From Trichomonas gallinae (Eukaryota), in contig MRSU01006640.1 of the NCBI GenBank assembly GCA_008369845.1, positions 1 to 39,092 on the forward strand: a stretch of DNA of 39,092 nucleotides, written 5' to 3'. The position numbers and the translations under genes were made by a program. Of this stretch, positions 11,593-21,978 are shown piece after piece. The notes below the pieces were generated by a model that worked only from the letters and a program-made list of their open reading frames with translations, did not search any database and had not been told where the DNA came from. Each line of letters begins with the position of its first letter. Position 1 is the stretch's first letter.

Positions 11593-13014
11593 ATGCATGA
11601 TGAATATAAAGAACCAACAAATTCAACTTGCTTCAACAAACTAATTACAAAGATCAAAGCAATGAACTCAGAAGAACAACAGCAAGCAATAGTTCAAGAA
11701 ATAGAAAGAAGATTTCACACGTTTTTTGATGATTTATTAGACAATTTTGATTTTTTATATAATATATGTCAATCTAACTATGCTGTATCTCTTGACGCTG
11801 TTAAAGAGCTCAATTTCGCAAACTTAATTATTGAAGCATTACAAAATCAATGTACTGATATAAATCAATTATCACAAGGTATGCTAGCACTTGCGCAGTA
11901 TTGTTTAAGATATGCAGATACGATCACTCCCGAAATAATGATTTTTGCAACATCAACTTTTGCTTCAATTGAAAATATCTCACCAGATAACATTCAACTA
12001 GCAAGATCCAATATATTACTTGTGTGCTCTATCTTCAATACTAATACTATTGAACAATTAGATACAGATTTTCCTTTTCTTCTCGATAAAATCTTCTTAC
12101 GGCCAGAGATTATTAGCCTATCTAAGAATATAATACATTTTGCAGACTTAATGATCAAAGTTGCCTGTCCAATTTTGATGGATGAAAATAATGAAATTTA
12201 TAGTCATATTTCTCATGAAATTGCAGCTGATGGAGTGCAATTTGTATTATCATTAGTCGCATGTTCGAATGAGCCAGAAGAAGGTCCTCCAATTCCAAGA
12301 GAAAACTTATTGCTTGAAGAAAGATCATTTTTGCTGTATTCTTTATTCGAGCACAGACTGACCAGCTTTGAAGATGAGGATACAGTGTCTGCTTTTCTTA
12401 ACGTTTTGACGTTTGGCGATGAATTTGTTAAATATGCATTGAAAATTATTGCAATATCAGAAAATTTCGAATTTTTTGATCCAAAATTAATATCTATATC
12501 GCGAGAAAATCTTAAATTTCCTAACTCACCAGATTCTGCTGAACGCAGATTAATTTCAATTCAATTATTCGAGAAATTTATAAAAGTAGACAGTCAAGCA
12601 TTTGCAAACAGTATTTTATGTTTCGACACCCATGAACTATTCGATGATTTCATTGCTATTATAATGATAGGAAGCTCAAAAGAAGTTTCAAAAATTGGAA
12701 ATTTAATTGCATCAATAATGAATTTCTTTCCTGGTATTTTCCATCCGCTGGACTTGTGGGTTCCTCATGGGGACAATGCTGGATTTGCTAATGCGTATTT
12801 GAAGCTTCTTGAAGTGATTGATATCATTCCTGATAACCAGGAACTCATTGTTGGTCTTAAGTTTGTCTATAACTATATTCAAAATCATAATTACGACCAA
12901 ACAGCTGATTTCATTAGGTTATTAAGCGAGTCTGGAATACAGAGTGAATTAGAAGATATGGACTGTGATTTTGATGAAATTGTTCAACAAGTTTATCATG
13001 AAATATTTGAATAA
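11593..13014 (+). CDS. Hypothetical alpha-helical (possibly ARM-like) protein
   Basis: Long ORF rich in Leu/Ile and acidic residues. ATG at 11593 follows TCAATTTTT and was chosen over the upstream in-frame ATG. Confidence 0.75.
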   Translation: MHDEYKEPTNSTCFNKLITKIKAMNSEEQQQAIVQEIERRFHTFFDDLLDNFDFLYNICQSNYAVSLDAVKELNFANLIIEALQNQCTDINQLSQGMLALAQYCLRYADTITPEIMIFATSTFASIENISPDNIQLARSNILLVCSIFNTNTIEQLDTDFPFLLDKIFLRPEIISLSKNIIHFADLMIKVACPILMDENNEIYSHISHEIAADGVQFVLSLVACSNEPEEGPPIPRENLLLEERSFLLYSLFEHRLTSFEDEDTVSAFLNVLTFGDEFVKYALKIIAISENFEFFDPKLISISRENLKFPNSPDSAERRLISIQLFEKFIKVDSQAFANSILCFDTHELFDDFIAIIMIGSSKEVSKIGNLIASIMNFFPGIFHPLDLWVPHGDNAGFANAYLKLLEVIDIIPDNQELIVGLKFVYNYIQNHNYDQTADFIRLLSESGIQSELEDMDCDFDEIVQQVYHEIFE

Positions 13015-13413
13015 TTATATAAAGTGTTTGTTTATCATGATATTATAAGTATAGTTAGATTTTTATTTGTTTCTTTTACACATTATTTAATGTTTCCGAT
13101 TTGATCCAATATGAAAACATAACATTATTGCTAGACAAGAGATGTTTACTGAATGATATTTCGCTCGAGAAATAAACATTATTATTTCGATTAAAAATAG
13201 AGAATACTAAATATTATGCATGTAATTTGTGAATTCAGAGATGTAAAAACAAAATATATTCATCAAAATTAAAATTACATATTAGATTTATTTAGAATAC
13301 TGTAGGAGTATGATAAGGACCTTCTTGATATTAATATGAAAGAAATTAGCTGATTATAATTTAAAACATAAAAATGATAAAAATTTACAAAACAATTACA
13401 TATAATTACTAAA

Positions 13414-14763
13414 TCATTCAAGTGGAATTGGCTCCAAAGTAAGAATTGAAGACGGAGGAATGTCATCAGGAGCGTTTGCAATTTCCGATGAAGTGAAAGA
13501 AAATCCTGTGACTTCTTGGGTCTGAGATCCAAATGAAATTGGTGTAGCTGGTGAATCTTGAGCTGGTTCTTGTGTAAATTCCTGATCAAAATTGGAATAT
13601 GGATTTGGACCGACTGGAGGAACAAAAAATGGTGTATATTTCTTCTGCTTGACTAATTCGAAGTCCAACTCGCCCCAGAACGGATGTCCTTTCAAATCAT
13701 TGAAATTTGCACGCTTAGATGGATCTTTTGCGAGCAATTTCATGATGAAATCCTGCACAAAGTCTGGGCACCTCGGAAATTTTGGATTCGCTGAGATAAT
13801 TGAAGTCATTGTAATTCTCTGATTTGGATTTACAAAAGGAGTCTCTCCAAATAGGATTTCGTACGTAAGGATGCCCAATGCCCACCAATCTACAGGATAA
13901 CTATATGTCTTTAACTGGATAATTTCTGGCGCGATATATTCAGTTGTTCCGCAAAACGTTTTTGTTTCAGAACTGAACGTGAGTTCCTTTGATAAACCGA
14001 AATCGCAAAGTTTTACATGTCCTTCCTTATCAATTAAGACATTTTCAGGTTTCAAATCGCGATAAACAACTCCAATCGAGTGTAGATAGTCAAGAGCAAG
14101 AGAAATTTCAGCAATATAAAGTCTGGCAGCGTCAAGTTTAAGTGTTGTGTATTGATCTAATATATGGAATAAATCGCCGCCAGATACATATTCCATTCCT
14201 AGATAGAATTTGGTAGGGTTTTGGAACGCAAATTTCATTTTGACTATGAAATCGTTGTTTGCCTTGAATAAAATGTTTCTTTCAGCTAAAATTGTTCCTG
14301 TTTTGCCATTATCGATTAAATATTTCTTTTTTACGACTTTAATAGCATACAACTCTGGATTTCCTGGCATAGAGACAAGCAAAACCTTTCCGAAATAGCC
14401 GCGACCTATTGTTGCAATAATGTTAAAGTTGTTCATGGATAATCCATTGGCTTTGTATGTATCTGCTCTCAGCGCTTGGATCCACGCAATAGTAAGCTCC
14501 TGATCATCAGATGTTAATAAAATTGGTTCATGATTTGGCTGAGTTATGGTGAATTTTCTTGTGGTGCCATCTGGTGTATAGGCTATTTCGACGTACGCGT
14601 TGATTTCGATCTCATGTTTGTCGGATTTTTCGGTAGTTCCATTGTAAATTGTGAAAATTCCGTCGATGTAAGTGCATAAAACGCTCTTCCACATGCCAAG
14701 GAACCCTGTTTTCCTCTTGAGGATGGAACTCATTGAAGGATAAACGTGTTCTTGATGACTCAT
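13414..14763 (-). CDS. AGC-family Ser/Thr kinase with N-terminal PH domain (Akt/PKB-like)
   Basis: PH-like LKRKTGFLGMWK...WIQAL; kinase motifs GRGYFG, YAIK, YRDLKPEN, DFG, TFCGTTEYIAPE; AGC tail NFDQEFT and GFSF. Confidence 0.93.
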   Translation of the reverse strand: MSHQEHVYPSMSSILKRKTGFLGMWKSVLCTYIDGIFTIYNGTTEKSDKHEIEINAYVEIAYTPDGTTRKFTITQPNHEPILLTSDDQELTIAWIQALRADTYKANGLSMNNFNIIATIGRGYFGKVLLVSMPGNPELYAIKVVKKKYLIDNGKTGTILAERNILFKANNDFIVKMKFAFQNPTKFYLGMEYVSGGDLFHILDQYTTLKLDAARLYIAEISLALDYLHSIGVVYRDLKPENVLIDKEGHVKLCDFGLSKELTFSSETKTFCGTTEYIAPEIIQLKTYSYPVDWWALGILTYEILFGETPFVNPNQRITMTSIISANPKFPRCPDFVQDFIMKLLAKDPSKRANFNDLKGHPFWGELDFELVKQKKYTPFFVPPVGPNPYSNFDQEFTQEPAQDSPATPISFGSQTQEVTGFSFTSSEIANAPDDIPPSSILTLEPIPLE

Positions 14764-15237
14764 TTTTTGAGAATGAATTCTGATTAAACTTTATCGTACT
14801 GATTGTGTTTATCTTATCATATGTAATATGATTTTAAAATTTGTTTTTTGAAAATAAGGTTTTGAAAAGTGTCAATAAGGTTAATATTCCACAGTTTTGT
14901 TGTTTTTTATATATACAGGGAAACAATGATTAACTCCATGTGAACATTAGTTTAATAGTTATATCGATTAATACAATTGCGATTATATTATAATAAAACA
15001 ATTCTATTCATGAATTATATGCGATTTTCATTTTTGATTGCATGAGTCGTTATATTATAAATAAATTCTTATATACAAAGAGACATATTAATGTAATTTC
15101 ATATCCAATATAATCATATCACTTATTGATTTTATATTTTTAAATTTATGAAGAATTTGGGTATATTGCAATCATAAATTATAAAAACATAATAAGATTA
15201 ATATAGTATTATTTTACAAAAACATAAAAATAAACAA

Positions 15238-17898
15238 TTATAAATTAAATTGTTTCAAAGAATCGTTTTTCCGACGAACCATTGCTCGTGCTGCCTTAAC
15301 CTTTTCAAGTGCTGTTGTTTTATTACGACTGTCTGCGAAGTTCCTGTCAAGCCATGTAATAACATTCTTTAATGAATCTTTCTGCTTGATATGGTACATG
15401 AATTCATCGACATGGCGAGAAATACATTTTTCGATGTTATTATAGTCATAGTTAACTTTCGTGCAGCTGAATTTTGTGGTATTTTCAATATCATTCAGAG
15501 AAATCTCAGTATCATTAAGTTTTTGCTCGAGGAGAGAAACCGCTTTTGTCATCATTTCCTGTTGATTGTAGACAACTGATAGTCTCTTAGATTCAGCCTT
15601 CAGGTCGTTGTAGAGAGAAATATCAGCATTCCCGTTTAGTTTCTGCATGCATGAGTTATATTCTTCAGTAAGTTTTTCTCGTTGAGATGTAAAAATTTCA
15701 GGCATCTGTTGTAATGTTTTTTGGATGCTTAACATGTTCTCCATCAGCGCCATCTTTTCGTCAAAAAGTTCTCTGTTTATTGGAGTATGTTTCTTTAATA
15801 ATCCAGGTACTTGCAATTTGTTAACTTTCTTGATTTTTTGCTGCCATTTTTCTACTTCTTCGTGTAATATTTCTATTCTAGGATTTGGCTCGTTGAGGAC
15901 TGCTTTCATTCTATTGTTGATATTATCTATTTCTGCTTGAATTGCAAGCATCTCTGATGTGATGTCTTCTGCTTCTGCGTTGATGTTTTTTGTTGATGTC
16001 ATCAAAGAATATTGTGCCATATCATTAACATCTTTTCTTGTATTGATTATACTGTTATTCAATTTATTAATTTCTCTTTTGATTCTGTCATTGCTAAATT
16101 TCACTGTCATGAAGTTCTTCTCACCTGATGATAATATGTGTGATATTTCTGCATTTATTGTATTCATGTCTTCAATCTCTTTTTTAAGTTTGCGATTATG
16201 ATCATTTACTGCTGTTGTTAGTGCAAATAAATATGAATTCACCGATTCCATGACTATACCTTGGAACCTTGTTATTAGTGTGATCTCTTCATCTGTCATG
16301 GTAGAAAACTCTGATTGCTTAAGCTCGAGGTTATTTATTTCGCGCTCTAATAATTCTTTTTGATTCAATAGTTGTATATAATCTGGTGAAATCTGATTTT
16401 TAGATTTTGGTTTCATTCCTTCAGAACTTGATTCATCTGTTGCTGCGCGTTGAGGAATGTTGTTCATATGGAATTCATCATTATACTCTCTGTAAGGAGA
16501 TTTTCTGACTGGTGATGATAGCCTTTCTGGGGATGAAGTGTTACTTTTTGCTGGAGATTTTCTGAATGGTGATGATAATCTGTCAGGAGATGAAGTGATG
16601 CTCTTTGTTGGAGATTTTATGATTTTTGATGGAGAAAATTTGTCTGGTGAAGGAATTCGTGAATTTATAGTATTATTTGGTGTTCTTGATCTGTTTGCTG
16701 ATGATGGTTGAGGAATTTTGCTTGGACTTGGAGATTTGATTTCATCTGATATTTTCTTATGAATAATATTTTCTATATTTCGATATTTCATTTCTTCTAA
16801 TAGTTTCTTTCCATTAATATTATCTCTACTTGCTGCTTTATTGATTTTTGGTGGAGAAAAATATTTATTAGGCGACAAACCTCGAGATGATGAAGGTGGA
16901 GATGCATATCTGCCTTGTCGTGGAGTAGAATATTCCCTGTTTTTCTTGGCTGAGTAGATTTGACTTTGAATATCTTCGATTAAATCTTCAAATTTATTTT
17001 TAGGATCTTCTTTTGTTGGAGAGCTGTGCTCATCTGGTAAATCTATTGGTTTTATGGGATGCTCTCTTATAGGCATAGTTTTAAATGGAGATAAAATTTT
17101 CGGTGGAGACAAGTATTTCTTTGGTAATTGAGATGTTTGTACTGTATTCATTTGTGTGGCTTGATTTTTAATTGAAGATTCTTCTTCTGTTTTTTGATTC
17201 ATTTTTGAATTATTTGTTTTTTGCTTTGTACGAGATTTATCTGATGTATTATTGTTAATTGCGGTATTTGTGGAAATATTTTGTCGTTTAACTGGTACTT
17301 TTGCAGTAGATTTGCGTTGTTCATTATTTATTGTTGGATTTGTTTGTGCAGCATTTGTAGGAGATGTTTTTGGAACACTTTTTGGTCTTGTTTTGATGTA
17401 TTGCTTCGTTGTTTTCGAGAATTTATCGTATAAAGCTTGATCATCAGGTAATCTATTTGGTTTTCTTGGTTTTCTAGGTTCATGAGCTGATTTTTCTGGT
17501 TTTTTGATTTCAATTCTTTTATTATCGTTGAATGATTCTGAGACTGAAGAAACATCAATATAAGCACTGTCATCATTTTCGGTATAATCCGATAAAAGTC
17601 TTCTACCTTTCGGTTTTGTTGGCATTACATCTGATTCTGGGTCTGTAAGCATGTAAGAATCTTCAGAATCGAAAACTGGAGGTTTTTGTTTTCGTTCGAT
17701 CATAAATTCAGAGTCTGATGATACAGTCATATCGTATTGTATTGGTTTGTGTGCATGATTTGAAGATTTTAAATCTCTTTTTTTTGAATTTCGTTTGTTT
17801 GAGCGTGTTTCGTTATCAAACGTGTCATCACCATCTTCTGTTGATGATAGTTTCCTCTTTTTGCGCAGTCTATCAGGCTTACTATCATTTTTTATCAT
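15238..17898 (-). CDS. Hypothetical protein: disordered SP-rich N-half, coiled-coil C-half
   Basis: About 886-aa ORF with many SP/SPxK motifs and a heptad-like C-terminal region. Confidence 0.82.
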   Translation of the reverse strand: MIKNDSKPDRLRKKRKLSSTEDGDDTFDNETRSNKRNSKKRDLKSSNHAHKPIQYDMTVSSDSEFMIERKQKPPVFDSEDSYMLTDPESDVMPTKPKGRRLLSDYTENDDSAYIDVSSVSESFNDNKRIEIKKPEKSAHEPRKPRKPNRLPDDQALYDKFSKTTKQYIKTRPKSVPKTSPTNAAQTNPTINNEQRKSTAKVPVKRQNISTNTAINNNTSDKSRTKQKTNNSKMNQKTEEESSIKNQATQMNTVQTSQLPKKYLSPPKILSPFKTMPIREHPIKPIDLPDEHSSPTKEDPKNKFEDLIEDIQSQIYSAKKNREYSTPRQGRYASPPSSSRGLSPNKYFSPPKINKAASRDNINGKKLLEEMKYRNIENIIHKKISDEIKSPSPSKIPQPSSANRSRTPNNTINSRIPSPDKFSPSKIIKSPTKSITSSPDRLSSPFRKSPAKSNTSSPERLSSPVRKSPYREYNDEFHMNNIPQRAATDESSSEGMKPKSKNQISPDYIQLLNQKELLEREINNLELKQSEFSTMTDEEITLITRFQGIVMESVNSYLFALTTAVNDHNRKLKKEIEDMNTINAEISHILSSGEKNFMTVKFSNDRIKREINKLNNSIINTRKDVNDMAQYSLMTSTKNINAEAEDITSEMLAIQAEIDNINNRMKAVLNEPNPRIEILHEEVEKWQQKIKKVNKLQVPGLLKKHTPINRELFDEKMALMENMLSIQKTLQQMPEIFTSQREKLTEEYNSCMQKLNGNADISLYNDLKAESKRLSVVYNQQEMMTKAVSLLEQKLNDTEISLNDIENTTKFSCTKVNYDYNNIEKCISRHVDEFMYHIKQKDSLKNVITWLDRNFADSRNKTTALEKVKAARAMVRRKNDSLKQFNL
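16496..16618. repeat. 57-bp in-frame tandem repeat (about 2.2 copies)
   Basis: GGAGATTTT recurs at 16496, 16553 and 16610; encodes TSSPDRLSSPFRKSP / TSSPERLSSPVRKSP. Confidence 0.85.
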
Positions 17899-18228
17899 CA
17901 ATAAAAATTTTGAATAATTAACTGTTGAAAAAAGTTCGAAATATTGTTTAACATATCATTATTAGTATATTTTGAATTTTACAAATTAATCGATTTTACA
18001 TGACGTATTTTAAATTTACGTGTCATATTGATCAAAATTTTAAATCATGAGTTTTCCATGTTTTACCTGTAATAATTTATAACATAAAAATATGTATTTG
18101 TTTAGGTATAATATGATTAATATCTGTGTTGAAATCATATTATATTGGTTGCATGTCTGATTCTTGTAAAGAAGATGCTAGCTAAATGAACGAATTTAGG
18201 TATGATGATAATGAGTAAAAGGTTAGTA

Positions 18229-18236
18229 AAAGTGAC
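18229..18236 (+). promoter_or_regulatory. AAAGTGAC trichomonad upstream motif (M2-like)
   Basis: Exact AAAGTGAC about 110 nt before ATG 18346. Other copies at 28680-28687 (-), 34990-34997 and 35007-35014. Confidence 0.5.
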
Positions 18237-18345
18237 AATAATCGTACTTAAAAATCAATCAAATTAAAATCGTGATGATAATGATGTAATAACTCAAAAT
18301 AACACGAAAATAAATACTCATTCAAAATTTTCCTTCAATTTTTAT

Positions 18346-19092
18346 ATGGAAATTTTGGATAAATTCACTGCCCCGCTGGCTTATCCAGAAGCAGACAACG
18401 ACGACTCATCTTTCCCTGTAAACGCTGTCCTTCCTGATGGTACAAGAAAATCATATAATTTTACTAAAGATACTAAAATTGGTACCTTGGTTTCATTGAT
18501 CCAGAACGATCCATCAGTCACCGTCCCACAGGACAAGTCCATATGTGTCATTTATCATGGAAGAATACTAAAGTCAACAGAAAAATTCTCAGAAGTTGAC
18601 GATACTCCAGATTATACAGTAACAGTCATGTTCAGACTGCACAAATCAAATGAGGCACTCAGTAATGAAGACTTGGAATCAGAATTACGCGGCTTTGACA
18701 GACTTAAAAGGATGAATTACACGGAAGAACAAATTGCTAATATCAGAGCACACTTTCACTTGATGATAGGAGATGAAAACATGCCAGAGGATCAGAAAAA
18801 TGAAGCAGAAGAAGAATGGCTTCCCGCTATTTTTAACACAGAAAACCCACTTCAAGCATTTGAAGCTATTGATGCTGAGAGGCCGGTACAAACTCAAAAT
18901 ACAACTAGGGAACATGGTCACAACATTCATGTATCTGAAAATCATTTCTTTATTTTTGCGGTTGTATTTGGATTGATTTTCGGCCCTGCTTCATTATTGT
19001 GTCTTCTTATATCCTTCCAGGATGTCTATGGAGTATCTGGAATTTTGCTTGGAACAGCACTCAATCTTCTCATATATTACTTTTTCAAGTGA
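18346..19092 (+). CDS. Dsc3/DUF2407-like protein (ubiquitin-like domain + C-terminal TM hairpin)
   Basis: UBL-type VIYHGRILK; Dsc3-like RGFDRLKRMNYTEEQIANIRAHF and EEEW; two C-terminal hydrophobic helices. Confidence 0.8.
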   Translation: MEILDKFTAPLAYPEADNDDSSFPVNAVLPDGTRKSYNFTKDTKIGTLVSLIQNDPSVTVPQDKSICVIYHGRILKSTEKFSEVDDTPDYTVTVMFRLHKSNEALSNEDLESELRGFDRLKRMNYTEEQIANIRAHFHLMIGDENMPEDQKNEAEEEWLPAIFNTENPLQAFEAIDAERPVQTQNTTREHGHNIHVSENHFFIFAVVFGLIFGPASLLCLLISFQDVYGVSGILLGTALNLLIYYFFK

Positions 19093-20396
19093 GAGCATGA
19101 TTAATGCATTGCCTTATTTTAGCATATTATATATTGTTTGAATTTTTAATATTTATGAAAATTTATTAACCATAATTATCACTCTTCATGATTATTACTT
19201 TAAACATTTCTATTCTTCACCCACCACACATGATGCATTCATTTTCACTATTATTAATTAAATTTTAATAAGAGATATATGCATCCAAATGATTGAATAT
19301 CATTCAGATCTAATGGTAGTGATTATAGTGATATAATTCTTATATTTGAGCTGCTGTGTTAATCTAGACCATAATGATCTTAAATCATAAGATATGGAAT
19401 TTTTATTGTTTGCTTATTTAACGCGAGACAATGATAATTCAATGCATATTCTATAATTAAATGAAAATCCATTCAAGGTTAGTGTTTAATGCATTATTGT
19501 TTGATATTGCAATTGAATAACAATTTAAATTAATATGTTATGCATCATAATGAATCAATCTATATGACTTGATTTCGATAGAAATGTCACTATTGTTCTA
19601 AACAATAATTCATGAATGTTTGAACAAATCGATCGTTCAAAACTATTATTTTCCGATGCGTTTCTTCAGCATTGAATTCTATAGGAACTATTTTAACGAT
19701 TTCAATTGTTGTTATTCATTAATTTTGATATTTTTTACTTATTGAATGTCAGAAATACATAAAATAAACAATTAAGAGTTTGATTTGTATTCCTTTCGAT
19801 CCATATATCAATGCTATAACTGAAATTTAGCCGGACATATACTGTGAGAAAAAAAAACAAAAATAAGGTTTTTCTAATCAAACAATCAACGGCCATCGAA
19901 AATTTATAATTGATGTTTTCGGCGTAATAACACATAAATATTGCGATTTCATCATGAATAAATCTTCAAAAATCAAATCTGGAAAAAAGAAATCGATTTC
20001 GTTGAGTAACCAAACAAAATGAACGAATAAAGTGTTCAATATAGGACAGCGAACGATGCGGTAATACTAAAATAAAGCTGGATAATATATTGATCTGAAC
20101 GGAATTCAATTATAACTGTCACTTTTATATTATATTGTCGCGAACTCTCTATTTAATGATATTGATTGTAATAAATGAGTAATATTAATTTTGTCACTTT
20201 TTATTAATAGTGTAATATTAATTTACTAATGATATATTTATGATCTATAAAAACTGTAAACTTTTGAATATGTATTAATTTTTGAAATATTGTATTATTT
20301 GAATTAAAATTACAAATTCATGTTATTCTTTCAAAATCTTTAACAATGCTAGATAAGTAATAGATTTGTCTTTGAATTCAAAATTTTTTTAAAATT

Positions 20397-21773
20397 ATGC
20401 GAAGTCGGAAATCTAACCATAGAAGTTCTTCCTGCAACTTCGATTTTTACTTGCTCTTGGCCATTACGCTTGGTGCTATCATATGGTCACAGTACAAAGG
20501 ATATAAACTGCAAAACGAGGCAGATGGAACGATTGCTAATGTCTGTCGAAGTACGCGGGTGAATATTGAGCAAATGCACAATAAACTCTGCTTCCATTTG
20601 TCATTACCAGGAATGTCTTCATATCCATCTTATGCACATCATCGTTTAATTACTGTAGAAATTGAAAATTCCAAATTTTTTGAACGATTCAATGACTCTT
20701 CATTTGTTGACATACAAGGACATTACCCGGATACATCGTTCTGTTTATACGCCCACTTCCCAGATGAACTCAGAGTGACAACAATTTGTGAGTTTGATCA
20801 GATCGACCAACAAATCATGCATGTCAAAGATGTTGACCTAACAAATAACGCTGAGACAAATATAAGGGTTGATGACGGCACAATGTTCGTCGCATCAGAT
20901 TTCTGCGTCGATAAGAACGACAATGTCATGTTTACGACCAACAATGAGATAATCTCAAGGCAAATCCTTCTTTCCGAAACAAAATCTTTTAACCTTATTC
21001 CTAAATCTTCGATTTTTACAAGCGATTGGCCTGTTGAAGATTGGACAACAGTATTTGTTACTCCGCCAAACTCTGTGCCATGGCTTTCAACTATATCCAG
21101 CCTACTTCCATTATGGAAAGGCAATGTAATGGTAGATACTGGAGTGAAAATCAGGAGATTCCAAGTTAGAAAAGAAGATCAGGAGACATATGAAAGACTT
21201 GTTCCTGGATATTCAATGCTCTATCAAGATTATTGTTACAAATTTGGTGTGTTTCCAAAAATCCAGAACAACAAGGAAGACATCTACTTCGAATACATAT
21301 ATAATTTGACTATTGGATATTCACCAGATGTTATTCAAGGATTTAGAGACAGATTATCAAAATCAAAATTTAATCCGAACTTAATTGTCGTTGACAAGTA
21401 TCTTGCAAACGACGTCCAAAAGATAGAAGAAATAATAGGTTACACTGTGGCTGTTGTCGATGATAATATGCCAGTTCATCAAATAGCAGATTTGGTTCAC
21501 AGTGCAATGTACTACATTTGCTCGCATTTAACCACAGGAATTTACGGTATTTTCTTGCAACGTCAAGGTACTTTGATTGAAAGAAAAATTGCGAACGCTG
21601 GAAAGTTTGAACATGTTCAAAAGCTTGCCCAACTCACTGGCTGCAACTATGTGGAGATTGGTCACAGTGAAATAAGCGAAGAAATGACGTTGCAAGATTA
21701 TTATAATATGAATATCGAATTCCCAGATATAGACTATTTCAGTGAGATCAATGGTCTCATTAATCATGTTTAA
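20397..21773 (+). CDS. Type II membrane protein with divergent glycosyltransferase 61 (DUF563)-like C-terminal domain
   Basis: N-terminal TM anchor; QIADLVHSAMYYICSHLTTGIYGIFLQRQGTLIE resembles the GT61 EQ...HGAGLTN..F......VIE block. Confidence 0.6.
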   Translation: MRSRKSNHRSSSCNFDFYLLLAITLGAIIWSQYKGYKLQNEADGTIANVCRSTRVNIEQMHNKLCFHLSLPGMSSYPSYAHHRLITVEIENSKFFERFNDSSFVDIQGHYPDTSFCLYAHFPDELRVTTICEFDQIDQQIMHVKDVDLTNNAETNIRVDDGTMFVASDFCVDKNDNVMFTTNNEIISRQILLSETKSFNLIPKSSIFTSDWPVEDWTTVFVTPPNSVPWLSTISSLLPLWKGNVMVDTGVKIRRFQVRKEDQETYERLVPGYSMLYQDYCYKFGVFPKIQNNKEDIYFEYIYNLTIGYSPDVIQGFRDRLSKSKFNPNLIVVDKYLANDVQKIEEIIGYTVAVVDDNMPVHQIADLVHSAMYYICSHLTTGIYGIFLQRQGTLIERKIANAGKFEHVQKLAQLTGCNYVEIGHSEISEEMTLQDYYNMNIEFPDIDYFSEINGLINHV

Positions 21774-21978
21774 TCACATTTTCTCATAGAGATTTTTTAT
21801 TTGTTTTTTATTTTTCTAAAATATACATTTATTTACATCATACTAACTTTCATAATGCTACTGATGAAATTATAAAATTAAAATTCTTATAATTTATAAT
21901 CAAAATAAAAAAAATAACAAATATCATATTATTCTTTAATATACAAACACATATAATCTATATAAGTAAAATATATTA

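Noticed and set aside
19500..20130. Possible decayed - strand gene behind an AAAGTGAC motif
   Set aside because: Only short broken frames, with no identifiable homology by eye.
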